NCBI RefSeq assembly: GCF_964204645.1
Contig: NC_134028.1
Coordinates: forward strand, 13,771,653-13,835,652
From: Tubulanus polymorphus
Lineage: Eukaryota; Animalia; Nemertea
Direction of reading: 5' to 3'
DNA length: 64,000 nucleotides
Position numbers and translations under genes: made by a program. Within the stretch, counting starts at the first letter, position 1; each line of letters opens with the position of its first letter. Below are positions 34,135 to 47,806 of this stretch, one piece after another. Under the pieces are notes generated by a model. It saw only the letters and a program-made list of their open reading frames with translations, searched no databases and was not told the origin of the DNA.

Positions 34135-34668
34135 CAGCATAACCTCTCTAGTGAACACTTCGCTTCCTAAGAAATTGTTCACTATAGAGAAGTGTTCACT
34201 AATTGGAGGTAGCACATATTTTTCCGCAAAACCCAGGTTTTAGAAACCCTTCTTGAAGAAGAACACTCCACATTGAACCCCCTGTCACGTAAAACTCTGC
34301 ATTTTTTGCTAGTCTAGACAGTGAACCCGCGTTCAATGCAGAGTTCGGGCGCCAAAATTGACCTTGAACTTGCACTAAAGATGTTGTTTCTTATTACCGA
34401 AACTGTGTTAAGTGTAGACGCTACTCACCGTGAACGCGGGTTTTCATTGAACCCAGGTACGTTGAAACCCGGGTACAACGCGCTAGTGAGGACAAGGTTA
34501 TTTTGGGATGGGACCACTGTTCACTATAAATACTCATTTGGTAAAGTTCACTAAATGGTGGTTCTGTTTAATTGAAAATGAGTAGGGAAAATTTGGTTCC
34601 CGGGTAAAAGTGTTCTCTAAGGGAGGTGTTCTCTAAATAGAGGTGTTCACTAAGGGAGGTGTTCACTG
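34135..34668. mobile_element. Tc1/mariner-pogo-type MITE
   Basis: TA|CAG...CTG|TA; subterminal AGTGAACAC/GTGTTCACT repeats. Confidence 0.8.
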
Positions 34669-36090
34669 TAGTTTCGTTTAAAAAAAATGATTTTTGAGTT
34701 TTTTTTTTTCATTTTAGCAAATGAATCCAGAAAGAAACCAAATGATGGTATGTATTTATGAAGAAACAGCATCTTAAAGCGCAAAATTTCAATTGTATTA
34801 TGTAGCCTGTGGTAGTATATTTGATATCATTCTTTAATTACAGACATATTCTTGGTGGAAAAAATTGTTGGTCATCAATCGAAAGGAGGTCAACAATATT
34901 ACAAAATTAAGTGGTTGGACTTCTCTTCAAAACACAACACATGGGAGCCGATTGAAAACCTGACATCCGTTATGGATATGGTGATCTCGTATGATAAAAA
35001 GATACAAAGTATTGTAGAAAAACATCGACCAATTGAATTGAAAGAATAAAAGAATTTATTATAGTACAAAAAACCAATTCATTTACATTTTTTATTCATT
35101 GAGATCGGAGTAGAGCTGTTGAGGAAACTTCACTTGCTTTGGTGAATTTAACAATTAAATTATAGTTTAGTCTACATCAGTCTTTCTGGAAAAGAAAATA
35201 TTAGAAATGCTGAAATCAATACATATATTGTGATTGGAACAGAGCCCAAATGGAATACTGAGCAAATTCCCAAGTTCCTTCAGTGCCATAATTCAGGTAC
35301 CGGTAATTTGTTGGGGGCTATTACAACTTGCCTGTTATTTGATTCTCTGAATCGCACATAGGTTATGTGAGAAACTTGATATCGAAGGGTCCATTCATCT
35401 TGTTGCTTCTGTCCAAATGAAATCGAATATACATGTAATTACAAATGTGATACTCATGTGTAAAAGACGATTTTAAAGTTTAACACATCTACTCTTTTTA
35501 GTCGTATTACAAAATCTTAACAATGCAATCAAATATCAACTAGGGGTTAGGGGACGCAATCGATGAGCATGCCCCCATTTGGATCCGCCCGCCCTGTGGC
35601 AGTACCCAAGAAGTTTTTATTGTGATCAAAAAAAAGTTTCATTTTTAAGTCATTAAAATTCAGAAATTCACCCTATGTGGAAAATATGTTCGTCAGTCAT
35701 GGTGACAATGTTCAAATTCAAGAAATCTCACAAAATGGAGGATTTTCTCTCCTATTCAACTGGACTAAAGGAGTCGTTTTGCCAATCCATCTAATTGGTG
35801 CAGAACTGGAATAATATTGGATTTCAGTTGTTGTCCACGATTTTTGGGAATCTGTTAAGACCTAAATGAGGTACGTTCCCCAAAAAGTAAGCGAGATATC
35901 CCAACATAGTACGGAAGCCCTGAGAGGATTCTTTATGTCGCGTAATTTCATAATGTCGTGCATGGCCAAATAAACTCGAAATCTCATTAACTTGGGAAAT
36001 TATGCACTGGCGAACTCGTGAACCCAATATGTCGTCTCAGGGCTTCCATACAACAGAGAAACAGGTCTTAGGCGTGAAGCTAACACTAAC

Positions 36091-36261
36091 AGGGGTCATT
36101 CATTTATTACACGCTAGAGCCAGGAGGGGGGAAGGGGTAAGTGCAATAGCGTACTGTAATGCTTAATGTAGATGCAAAAATGGCCGATTTTGCGTACTGA
36201 GGGGAGGGGGTTGAAAAATTCAAATATTATGCGTACTGTACGTAATAAATGAATGATCCCC
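36091..36261. mobile_element. PIF/Harbinger-like MITE
   Basis: TIR GGGGTCATTCATTTATTAC / GTAATAAATGAATGATCCCC. Confidence 0.75.
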
Positions 36262-36316
36262 GAAGTAGGCCTGCTAATAATGTCGAGCATGAGGCGTGGA
36301 AAACCCGAACTACTAC

Positions 36317-37250
36317 GTCTATTTCAACTTGACTTGAGAGCACATCAGGTGGCCTAGCTCGCTCATTTTTGGTAGTACATACCTGGTCTTATTAGACCAG
36401 AAAGCACTGGCAGTGGACCTAAAACATCACTTTTTAATCCATTTGAAACTGTATTAAAAGATATCCAAAGGGGATTAGGCCGCCTAATGCCGGGTGCACA
36501 CCTTTGCGATCATCGCGACATCGTATCATCGCATGCGATGTAGCGATGACACGATGAAAATCGCATCATCGCCGCATACCTTTGCTATTTTTATGAGGGC
36601 CTCGAGTTGGATTCAATCACGTGACTGAGCCGCTGATTTTGAACATCATATGACTGCTTCATCCTTAATTCTGATTGGTTACGAAAAATTTTTATCCGGA
36701 ACATCGGCAGCGTAGCCCGCACACCTTTCTTATCTCACGGAAAAATCGCATGCGAAAATAACAAACATGTTTGATTTGTTGCGATGTAATCGGCTCCGGA
36801 TGCCACCGCATACCTTAACAATGATGCGATAAAACCATGCGATGAAGCGATCATACGATCAATCGCAAAGGTGTGTGCCGGGCTTAAATAAAGAAATTTG
36901 ACTCCATAATTTGAAAGTTTAACAATAGGTTTCCATGCCTACACACCAAACTTCAGTTGAGTTGGTAGGCATGGAAACATATTCAGATATTGATAAACAT
37001 TTAAATCATAATCATGGAGGCTCTTTTCTCTCATGAACCTCTTTCAATGCAGACTTTTTGGATGTCCTTTAAAGCAGTTTAAAATTGATTAAAACACGAT
37101 GTTTTAGGTCAGCTGCCATTGCTTTCCGGTCGTAGTGAGACTTTTATCAGGACAGGTATACGTGTACCACCATAACTGACTGAGCTAGGCCACCCGGTAT
37201 GCTTCTCACGAAATGTCACAAGTCAGGTTGAAATTGAAAATGAAATAGAC
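36317..37250. mobile_element. Old foldback/MITE with degenerate inverted arms of about 150-190 bp
   Basis: GTCTATTTCA/TGAAATAGAC, GGTGGCCTAGCTC/GAGCTAGGCCACC, GACCTAAAACATC/GATGTTTTAGGTC. Confidence 0.75.
36488..36884. mobile_element. PIF/Harbinger-like MITE nested in the foldback element
   Basis: TAA TSD on both sides; TIR CACACCTTTGCGAT / ATCGCAAAGGTGTG. Confidence 0.85.
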
Positions 37251-37269
37251 ATTAGGCCACCTTACTTAC

Positions 37270-37404
37270 CAGTGTACACGGGGATTGGATGCAGATTGTC
37301 GTCTTGATCGAATTGAGGCCTAAAATCCTTGTAAAACGCGATTGTTATGCCGGCCGGAGGAGTTTTGTATGGCCCAAATAGGCTTCGTCCTTGAGAAGAT
37401 GGAT
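37270..37404 (-). other. Exon-like segment of an unidentified gene
   Basis: 135 bp, open frame (PSSQGRSLFGPYKTPPAG...PIPVYT), AG acceptor and GTAAGT donor, phase 1-1. Confidence 0.4.
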
Positions 37405-38479
37405 CTGTCGATAACAATCGACAGTTATGCCGAACTAAGTACCAAAATATAAATTTACGACCAACGCGCGCGCCCTTCTGGCAATGAGTATCTAAGAAGG
37501 GTTACCATGATATAGTATACTATAACACGAGGCGATAGACTATCGAATGAAGGTTAACCCTTCTTTGATAAAGTATCGATGAAGGGGATGTGTATCGGGT
37601 GGCTACGCTTACTATGCTGATGTTTTCAGAATTAAAAGGTGCTCTAAATGGATATATATTCTACGAAGCTGCTGATTGTATGAGAATTCCCCTGACGTTT
37701 TGGTATCCACTCTCGAGGATGGACATTCTAATGGTAACAAACATCCACATATCGTGTCGGTAATCTTCATTAAAAAGATATTGATTGTTGGTACTTTTTT
37801 CAGATCTCTCAAAATCAAAATTTCCAAATATCTCTGCAAATATAGCTGCAATTATAGCAGCGATATCGAGTTTTCTGACTTGCTGGGTTAAATGTTGCAC
37901 CTGAAAGTGTACAAACATTTCTCCAAAATTGATCTCATCCGTGTATGCGGGTATTTTGATGGAGTACGACCTAGGGGTCAACACTGTGGTTCCACATGGG
38001 CTAGTACAAAGTATGTTGAAAAACAGATCAGTCCTGAAGTTCAGTCAAAATAACTTGGATGAAAATGAAGGTATAAGGCTTATGGTGATTTCACAATCCC
38101 TTGGTGGAAATTGTATGAAATAACCATGCCAGTTGACATATTGCAAATGCAGTGGTACCAGATTTTGTGATTTTTATAATTAAAAAAAACTGAGTTGCAC
38201 GCAACATTTACGCCACCTAGGGTTCGTTGGAAGTTCAATTGTTTCTTTTCGTTACGTTTTGGCTTGAATAATTCAACCCAGTTGATTTTAAAATGAAGAA
38301 TAGTAACAATTGTAGTAGGGGGCTGATATATCGCACAAGGGACCTCTCTGTATCTGTATCTGTAATAACTAGGTTGTTTGTGGTACTTATGAGGCGCAAT
38401 TGTAGCCGGGCTTGTGTCGGTATTAGTGTCACACGCCCGGGTCGATGGCAGCTTTAAACTCTCCGTCCGACTCTTACTG

Positions 38480-38601
38480 AGTAATAGGGAATAAGTTGTT
38501 TCATACCAAAGGTCGAACGGTCGAAAAATAAATTCTCGCACACTCGAATTTATTTTTCGACCCTTCAACCTTTGATATGAAACAACTTATTCCGTATTAC
38601 T
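38480..38601. repeat. 122-bp near-perfect hairpin AGTAATAGGG...CCGTATTACT (H3)
   Basis: Arms of about 56 bp around the loop TCGCACACTC. Confidence 0.92.
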
Positions 38602-38908
38602 CATAAAATATTCATATATATGAATATGAATAACTTCTAAAATCAATTTTAATAAAAAATTGGATATTAAAATGGAAGCAAATAAGAAGTACTACTGTCC
38701 AGCATAATAATCTAGAAAAATGAGATCAAATATAGATTTCGAATCAATTTTTAACATAAAAAGTGTGAGTAAAGTGTGAGTGAAATAATTCATATTTAAA
38801 ACAGTGAATATTTATATTTATATGCGTTAAATTCTTATTTTCAATATAAAAAGTGTGAGTAAAGTGTGAGTGAAATAATTCATATTTTAATAGAAAAATT
38901 ACTTTTAA

Positions 38909-39520
38909 ATGAATGAACAGATACTACAGTTCAAAGATATCGATTTAAATGAATCAGAAAAAAAATTTTACAATTAGAAATTTTAGTCCTATTAAAGATT
39001 TGATTAAAACTGGACGTTTTCGTTTTCAAGTGAAAAATATCACTGAATTAATGTTTTAAAATCATTATCTAATGATAGAGTTATCGAATGAAAAAGATAA
39101 AATCTTATTCAATACAATAATTCCAAAATTCACAACTTTTGAAGAAATAGATCAACATTTAATAATTTCAGATGAAATACAATCACTTTTAAATAATGAA
39201 AATTCACATAAAACATTATTTTTACACTAACGTTATTGCCCTTTCAGAGAATGGTATGTATTATTTTTCAGATTACAAGAGAAAAGATATATCCCTGACA
39301 TTCCAAATGAAGATGTGGGAATTCAGTTAATGATAATTCATATAAAGATGTTGCAGTTCAATGTAATTTAGATGATGAATTTAGAAAATTCAATCCTAAT
39401 GAGAAAGTGTATTGTTATTGCAGAGGTACATATTTAAAATCACATAAATCAAAGCATTATCAGACAATTAAACATACCAATTATGAATAGAATAATAAAT
39501 ATATATTGAAACAAGATTAA
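38909..39520 (+). pseudogene. Disrupted copy of the 153-aa arm gene
   Basis: Homologous to 41691-42152 with frameshifts and stops. Confidence 0.75.
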
Positions 39521-41690
39521 GCTGTATGTTTCAAATATAATAACTCAAAAATAATAATTCAACTCTAAATATTCATATTCAAAATAAAATATTTCAAATT
39601 ACTTTTAATTTTTTTCTTTAAATAAATGGATAGTTTCAGCATTCCTATTGGAAAGATTTAAAACATTATCTTGTAGCAGGAGGTTTAATATTAGCTGCAC
39701 TTTACTTTTACTATAAGAATATTAGTAAGGATTAGTAATGAATGAAAACAGGATATTGAGTAAAAAGTTAAAGAAGTTAAATGGAAACAATCACAGAAAA
39801 AATAACAATAAAAAAGTTAATTTAGAAAATGATTTAGAGGATTAAAACCCCCTTTTTATTAACTATTATTTTACAGTATTTTACAATAATAGTTAATAAA
39901 AAGGGGGTTTAAGTATTTGTATATAATACGTATTTAATACGTATTTAAGTATTAACGAAAATGAATAATTATTTATACAATATATTTTACATTTTCAGCG
40001 AATATATTTTTATTTTTTCAACTAATAAATGAATAAGTTTGAAAATAATAAAGGTTATATAAATTAATACATATTCGATGCCTTAATACCTAAAACCCCC
40101 TTTTTTGTTAACTATTATTTTACACAATTTTCAACCAATATATTATGTGAGATAATTATATGTTTTCACTTAATTAGAATAAAAATAGATTATATTATAA
40201 CTATTTCTATATCATTATATATATTTATATAATATAAATATTTATTCATCTCACAGATTAATCATATATTTTTTATTCAGTAATGATAAAAATATTGATC
40301 CATCTCACAAATTCATCATATATATTTTTTATTTCCTAAGTACGAATAAAATAAAGATTTATTCTTTATGTACTAAAAGTACTAAGACTACTAAAGACAT
40401 AAAGACATAGGGGGGTCTTATATTCAAATAAACCCCTATGTCTTCACAGATTTATCATATTTGATATAATTTATATTTCAACACTGGAAATGTACAAATT
40501 ATATTCAAATATATATTTTTATTTTTATAGTGATATATAAAATCTATCAGATGAATATTTTTATTCTTTACGCAGCACTAGAGTATGTTATAATTCTTTA
40601 AATTAAGACTAGCTATTGTTTCTATTTGCTAACTGGGTTAAATAATATTTTGAATAGATTCAAATAGAAAAACATTAGAATTGAATAAGTTAGTGTTGCT
40701 TATTCAATTGTATTGTTTTTCTTATGTTTTTTTTTATTAATTCTTATTAATACTAAATTACTTTACATTTGACTAAAATGATATTAGAAAAACTTTACCT
40801 TGAATAACTTAGTATCATCTTGTATTATTTTAGTCAAATGTAAAGAATTAAAATATCATATATGAATAACTTAATATGAATTATACAATTTATTGTTAAG
40901 CTCATGAATATATTTATGATTTCTCAAACTCTTTTTATTTTTATATCTTTTATTACATATTTCACAGCATTTAATATTATCAATTTTATCTGATACATAA
41001 TCAATGTTTTCTTTTAATTCAGCGTATCTAATTTCACAGTTATCATAGAATTCTAAGAACTGTTTTATACTATAAAATGAAAAATCCTGTAAGCATAATG
41101 ATTGATTTAATTTTCTGTTGATTTTTATAAATAAGGTGTAATATTTCTAATACCTTATTCGCACTCATTTTCATAGTTGAAAAATATAAAATTAATTAAA
41201 TTAAAAGATGCTGTTTTAATCCTCTAATTCTTTTAAATCATTAACTTTTTATTGTTATTTTTTTATGTGATTGTTTCCATTTAACTTCTTTAACTTTTTA
41301 CTCAATTTCATATTTTCATTCATTAGATCTTTACTGATATTTTCATAGTAAACGTAATGTGCAGCTAATATTCACCCTCCAGCAACTAACCAATGTTTTA
41401 AATCACTTTTTCCAATTGGAATGCTGAAACCATCCATTTATTTAAGAGAAAAATTAAAAGTAATTTGAAATATCTTATTTTGAATATGAATATTTAGAGT
41501 TGAATTATTATTTTTGAGTTATGATATTTGAAACATACAGCTTAATCTTATTTCAATATATATTTATTATTCTTTTCATAATTGGTATGTTTAATTGTCT
41601 GATAATGCTTTGCTTTATGTGATTTTAAATATGTACCTCTGCAATAACAATACACTTTCTCATTAGGATTGAATTTTCTAAATTCATCAT

Positions 41691-42152
41691 CTAAATTACA
41701 TTGAACTGCAACATCTTTATATGAATTATCATTAACTGATTTCCCACATCTTCATTTGGAGTGTCAGGGATATATCTTTTTTCTTCTACTCTGAAAAACA
41801 TTACATAACATTCTCTGAAAGGGCAATAACGTAAGTGTAAAAATAATGTTTTATGTGAATTTTCATTGTTTAAAAGTGTTTGCATTTCATCTGTAATTAT
41901 CAAATGTTGATCTATTTCTTCAAATGTTGTGAATTTTGGAATTATTGTATTGAATACGATTTTATCTTTTTCATTCGATAACTCTATCATTAGATAATGA
42001 TTTTTAAATACTAATTCAGTAACATTTTTCACTTGAAAACGAAAATGTCCAGTTTTAGTCAAATCTTTAATAAGAATGAAATTTCTAATTGTAAAATATT
42101 TTTCTAATTCATTTAAATCGATATCTTTGAACTGAAGTATCTGTTCATACAT
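41691..42152 (-). CDS. Unknown 153-aa protein in the inverted arm; a shifted frame continues into a zinc-finger-like CYC...KHYQTIKH
   Basis: Open ORF with TAAATG start; not present in Polinton 1. Confidence 0.6.
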   Translation of the reverse strand: MYEQILQFKDIDLNELEKYFTIRNFILIKDLTKTGHFRFQVKNVTELVFKNHYLMIELSNEKDKIVFNTIIPKFTTFEEIDQHLIITDEMQTLLNNENSHKTLFLHLRYCPFRECYVMFFRVEEKRYIPDTPNEDVGNQLMIIHIKMLQFNVI

Positions 42153-42450
42153 TTATAAGTAATTGTTCTATTAAAATATGAATTATTTCACTCACACTTA
42201 TCTACTCACACTTTTTATATTGAAAATAAGAATTTAACACATATAAATATAAATATTCACTGTTTTAAATATGAATTATTTCACTCACACTTTACTCACA
42301 CTTTTTATGTTAAAAATTGATTTTTTATCATTCGAAATCTATATTTGATCTTATTTTTCTAGATTATTATGCTGGACAGTAGTACTTCTTATTTGCTTCC
42401 ATTTTAATATCAATTTTTTTATTAAAATTGATTTTAGAAGTTATTCAAAG

Positions 42451-42538
42451 ATAAACTCTCGCACACTCGAATTTATTTTTCATTTTTTATGAACTCGACC
42501 TCTCACATTTGATCTGAACCCCCAAATTCCCTATTACT
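42451..42538. repeat. Hairpin family loop plus right arm (H4)
   Basis: ATAAACTC-TCGCACACTC-GAATTTATTTTT...TCGACC...CCCTATTACT. Confidence 0.85.
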
Positions 42539-43612
42539 TAACTAGACGAGCGCTTCCCCCTAACGGTCGACCTGGTCTGCTTAGACAAGAGCCCCAAGAG
42601 GCACTATGGCCAGCTTATCATAAATCGGGCAAATGATGCATTCTGTGGTTACATTTATGAGAATACAGTCCCAGCTCGATGAAAATACCTATAATTTCCA
42701 CAATCGTGTTTGAGCTGGCAGGAACAAATACCTCAGATAAATCTTTTCCATTGGTCTTATCGATTATAATGCGGAATAGAATTGAATTTTCTCAAATTTG
42801 CTCGATAAAACAAAATTGAATTGCAGAATAAAATTTGATTGAATTTGCAGTGCGAGCACATGGCTAATTAGCATATCAAGGTCATCCATCCGATTTGAGA
42901 AAAGCTATTTTCCCGGACTTTGCATAAATGTCAATGATATTTTCTGTAGTGCAAATAGAAATATACCTTCCAAAAACCAAGTCATTTAAAGATTTCACAG
43001 AAATCGATCTTGAGATGCAATTTCAGATCTTAAAATAAAACCCGGAAGTAAAATGGTAGACGATACCGCGGGTTCACGTGAAAACCTGCAGATATCGGCT
43101 AAGCCAATCACAGAGGAGTCTTTGCTTTCTGATTCGCTTTTTAAAACACTTATTCTTGCGTTCAGATGTTCGCGAAAAAGCTCATATAAATTTTAACGAG
43201 GCCCTTTATCAAAATTCAGCTTCATAGGGTAGGTGAATGGATAATGGTCTAATAAATGATGAACATATCCTCCTGGCATTCAAACATCGTGATGCTGTAT
43301 TTTTACCACGCTTAAAAATTGATCTGTCCTATTAAGAACTCATCTTAAGCACCTGCTGAGTCGATAGATTGAGTAAATTTACATATAAGAACGTATTATG
43401 ATTTTGAATAGATTTGAGGAGTTAATCTTTTTATTGAAATAAATATATGTATATTGTAGCAGATTCAATCAATAAATTATGAATTGATTTAGTCTGGGTT
43501 TTACGCAAATGTTGATTTCGGCCTTTATGGATTACTAATTCTATACTGATTAACAGTTTATACCTGCAACATGTGTGTAAATCTGTTTTTCTATATATAA
43601 ATATCTGTATAA

Positions 43613-46600
43613 TGTTTTTCTAAATAATCAATTGTTAAATTAGATAAAGTAACTGCTAATGTTAATTTTTAAATATCATTGATATCAAATCTATCAAAAT
43701 TAATACTTCCCATTTTTAAATACTTGTTTTAATACCTTTGTATAACCAACAGTTCCAACTGATAGTAATGCTCCATTATATAAACGAGTTATTATCCACT
43801 TCTGATCCGCCATTTATTTAGAAAAAATACTATCTTCAAAATATTTAGTTATCTTGTTTATAACATATTTTCCTATATTTCAATTATTATTTTTCTAATA
43901 TCATCAATAATAAAATCTTCATCTAATTCATAAAATCTTAAAGAATTTCTAATTAAATCAGTAATCTTATCTACATTATAAATTCCTTTATCTATTGTTG
44001 TTTCATATTCAAATGTTGTTTCATTGAAAAATGCAATATTTTCAATATGAGTTATTACATCATTAATGTTAAATTTCATTTCTTTCTCACGTTTAAAATC
44101 AAATCCAAAACATATACTCGGTCATACTGTTATATTCATATTTATAAAACAAAAAAATTACTCTTTACATCTTAAAACTAATTCAAAAATTACAGGAAAA
44201 TTGTTTAAATAATTTAAGTAACCATTTTGATATCTTACTTTTAACTTAAAATTATTCAATCGTGAAATACAAGGTTTAAAATCACACTCACAGCTAAATT
44301 ATAATTTATTTGAGTTCCAAATTGTTTAACATTTTTTAATGGTAAAATATTCAATAAACCAGAATTACAAATTGTATCTTTAGTTGCTTCGAGAGTTTTT
44401 GTTGGGACAATTAAATTGAAATATATATAAAAGTGTGTAAAAGGTATTATATTTGGTGTAGTATCAACATTTGAATAAACTTTATTTGGATTAACTCCTA
44501 GCATTTTAGCTCATGGTTTTCTTACTATAAATTTATGTTGTTCATTAGTTAACTTTATTCTTATTTTGTTAGAACTATCAATTTTAATAGATTTAATGTT
44601 AAACCCAATAGATTCACCCACTTTTAACCGAGCTCTTTTATTTATTTCTTGAGATAATGTTTCCAAATTATATAATCCTGGTCTTAGAAATAGATGATAC
44701 CATTTATTCGTATTTCTATCATGAATCATAAACAATCTATGATCAAAACTTTTAACCGATATATTATCAAAAGAATTACATAAACTTATATTTACTAATT
44801 TTAAATCAACACAATTTTTAAATTCTCTATCTAATTGTAATTGTTAATTATGTGATTTATAATTTATAAGTCATCTTGAATCAACAAATATTCTATATTC
44901 TTTTAATTTATCATGCATTTATTTTAATTTTATTCATAAACTATGTTCTGAATTTACATTTATTTCCTTTTAATCCTTCACATTCTAAGTGGATAACTAA
45001 TTTATCTCCATACCTATAAGTAATTGTTTCAATATTTGTAAATTAATATTTCTTATGTAATGTTAATTCTGTTAACTTTTTGAATTTATAATCTACTGAT
45101 TTGACATTTGTAGTATCTTTGATTCTATTTAAGAATTCACTGCGTTATTTGTTTACTCTCCATTTTAATAACAAACTTTTTATTGAAATTGAATTAAAGC
45201 CGATTAACATGTTAGAATCCTTTCATAATCTCATTTTCTTTTGTTTCTTCCCTTTTGAACTTTAAATATTCATCTAAATTGCAACCATACGCGACTGTAT
45301 GAATTCCATCGTCTAAAATATATCTTTTATCGTCAAATGGGTTAAGACTTATCTTCTCTATCTCTTCAATAAACATCTCGTGATCTTCAGATCTTAAACA
45401 TTTCATCTTATGTTTTCTAACTTCTTCATTGAATATACAATTGATGTAATCTTTGAAATGAATATTCTTTTCTACTACACTTTAGGTAATTCCTTTCAAT
45501 TTCTTTGATTCATGAGTTTTTGATTTTATATGAATACATTTAAGATCGAATTCCAATAAACTCTATCATTTCTTCGCCAACTTATTCATCTTTGAATTTA
45601 CCGGGCACCTTTTTATTATCATTGCTAAACAATTAATGAGCTTTTGGATAGTTACTGAAATCAAAATGATGTTTTAATGTTTTTAAATCATCTGCTATGT
45701 TATTAGTATTAATCTTTAATATGTAACTGTCAGAATCAAAATATAAGATTTCTATATGCTTTTCTCCAAAATGAGGTTGTAATACGTTATAGTAAAATTC
45801 ATACATTAATAATTTTGATATTTCTAAAACTGTTGCTCCAACATAAATTGGTTTATTAAATTTCATAGAAGTTCTCCTCATTTTAACTGCAGCTAAATTT
45901 TCATCAAATGTTCTGTTACCAATAAATTTAGGATATGTTTGTAAATGTCTTATTCCTTTACCATTACTAACTATCTCAATATCATTTCTATTTCTAATAT
46001 TTTCACTAGTCTTACCATAGAATGCATTATTCATTAGTTTGAAAAAATCTTTCTCAAAATCAGTTTTAGCTTTAGTTTTCTGTTTGGTGTTAAAATCTAT
46101 ATATTTTTCTAACCATTTAAATTGACTAAATGAAATATATCTATGTATTTTTTTAGAATCATTCCTTGATTCAAATAGAATTTCAAAATTATATAATGTA
46201 CTACATCATTATATTTATCTTCCTGAGTTACCATTAACTTTTAACGTATGAATGTGATTTTCAGGTTTAATTCATTTTTGATAATTTGATAATTCTTCAT
46301 GTGTTACAGTTTTATGTTCGGGACAGTATGCTAGATTTCTAGATTTAAATTCAATATGTTCTAAATCTACAACAAAGGAGTAACCGGTATCTGAATCATC
46401 TGCAATATCTAGAATTCTTTTCCTCCAATCAAATTTATCAACATTTTCGTGCTGTAAAATTTCAGTTATTTGAAATACTCCATAAGGTTGTGGTTCCATC
46501 ATTGCCCAACCATATATATTATTTGCATCTATATATAATAACTTATATCCAGGATTATCATTTACATTGAAATAACTATCACCTAATACACCTGAAACTC

Positions 46601-47710
46601 CTCCTCTTATGGATTTTTCAAATACAAATAATTGATCTATATTTGTTAACAAATCCATTTTATATCTGTAAATTTTAAACTACAGTCCCAAATTAAACCT
46701 GGGCTAGGATAACAGTGACACGGATCCATATTAAAATATTTTAGATTTACATCTCTAAACCATTCAAATGATTTTTTATTTTGAAATGACTCCAAATATT
46801 CAATGTTCTATTATAAACTTCGTCTTTAACATATTCGGATCTTAATTCATCATAAAATTGTTCTTTTAACAATTCAGTTTTGTTAGAATCATGTATGCAT
46901 TAATATTACTAATTATGCGATTTATAAAATGAATATGGAATCGCGCCTTTATATCTCATTAATTGAAAATCATCATTATTTGGATAATGTTGTTTTAATA
47001 TCTTTCATCATCGATTAAACTTTTTGATAAATTATCTAATGAACTACTTAAAAATCTATATGAATCTATAAATCTTAGACATCCAAATTGAAAAGATATA
47101 TAATTTTTAGATGTTTTAGCTCACATTTTAAATTGATAAATTGGTATTTTAGCAACATCTTTTGATCTATTTGAATTTAATCTTTCTATTTTATTACTGA
47201 TTTCTTCTATTTTATGACATAGCTGTTTGATGAATAAATGTCCATCATATCCTGATATATAACTGGAACAAAGTTAATTTTCTTAGCTTGTAAGTTACAA
47301 TTCTCATGTGCTGCATCTCTAAACTTTCCATTCAAATGATCATGATCTCTCACTTTTTTATCTTTAAAATTAAATAGTTCTTTAGTCATTATAATATCTA
47401 TATTTGTATCTAATAGTTTACTAAACTTCATTTATATTCAATAAATAAGTCACAAAAATGATTGATAACATTTTCATTTCTATAATTATAATATTCACTT
47501 TTCATTAGTTCTGGATATTCAGATTTAATATATAACCCGAAAGCTGCAGCTGATTGATGAATCTTTTTAATAGTATTTGTTTTTGGTGGTTCTTCTGAAA
47601 AATCAGTTTCATTAGAATTTAATTTCAGGATAATTATCTAATATTATAATTATTTTCAAATTGTTTATAATGTGACTTATAATGTAACTTGATCCATTTA
47701 TATCCATTTA
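43613..47710 (-). mobile_element. Decayed Polinton block: polB, 113-aa gene, mCP, 98-aa and 73-aa genes
   Basis: Colinear with 23200-28100; broken ORFs containing MNNAFYGK, YFDSDS, DANNIYG and DDKRY. Confidence 0.92.
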
Positions 47711-47806
47711 TAAAATGAAAAATAAATTCGAGCGTCGAAATTTCTTTTTTTTATGAGATCGACCTCTCGACCTTCGGCCAGAACCAACTATTGGTATACA
47801 ATTACT
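47710..47806. repeat. Hairpin family partial copy (H5)
   Basis: AAAAATAAATTC-GAGCGTC-GAAATTTCTTTT...TCGACCTCTCGACCTT...ATTACT. Confidence 0.7.

Larger units (their letters stand above)
30360..35049 (+). pseudogene. Multi-exon gene, 5' exons decayed: homeodomain-like + GTF2I-like repeat + acidic/basic linker + chromodomain; probably a DNA-transposon accessory gene
   Basis: GT-AG exons: LVSYFEKGM..ASVATGMPEKSVK|KWIENHK; LRSKVTDMFNRRY|..NLPTGIILKRPSSY..LL; last exon 34844-35049 VEKIVGH..YKIKW..NTWEPIENL; stop codons in the 5' exons. Confidence 0.7.
38480..42538. mobile_element. Polinton-derived 4-kb block with about 1.2-kb inverted arms (38627-39848 and 41213-42447)
   Basis: Arms are diverged reverse complements; the spacer shares motifs with Polinton 1 (14397, 17301); bounded by H3 and H4. 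Confidence 0.8.

Noticed and set aside
29688-36070. Possible TIRs AGGCCTGT / ACAGGTCT around the chromodomain gene
   Set aside because: Only a 7/8-bp match with no convincing TSD
42540-43612. Higher-GC spacer (similar segments at 47810-48775 and 56560-57360)
   Set aside because: Probably host DNA or unclassified repeat; no termini, TSD or coding signal I could support
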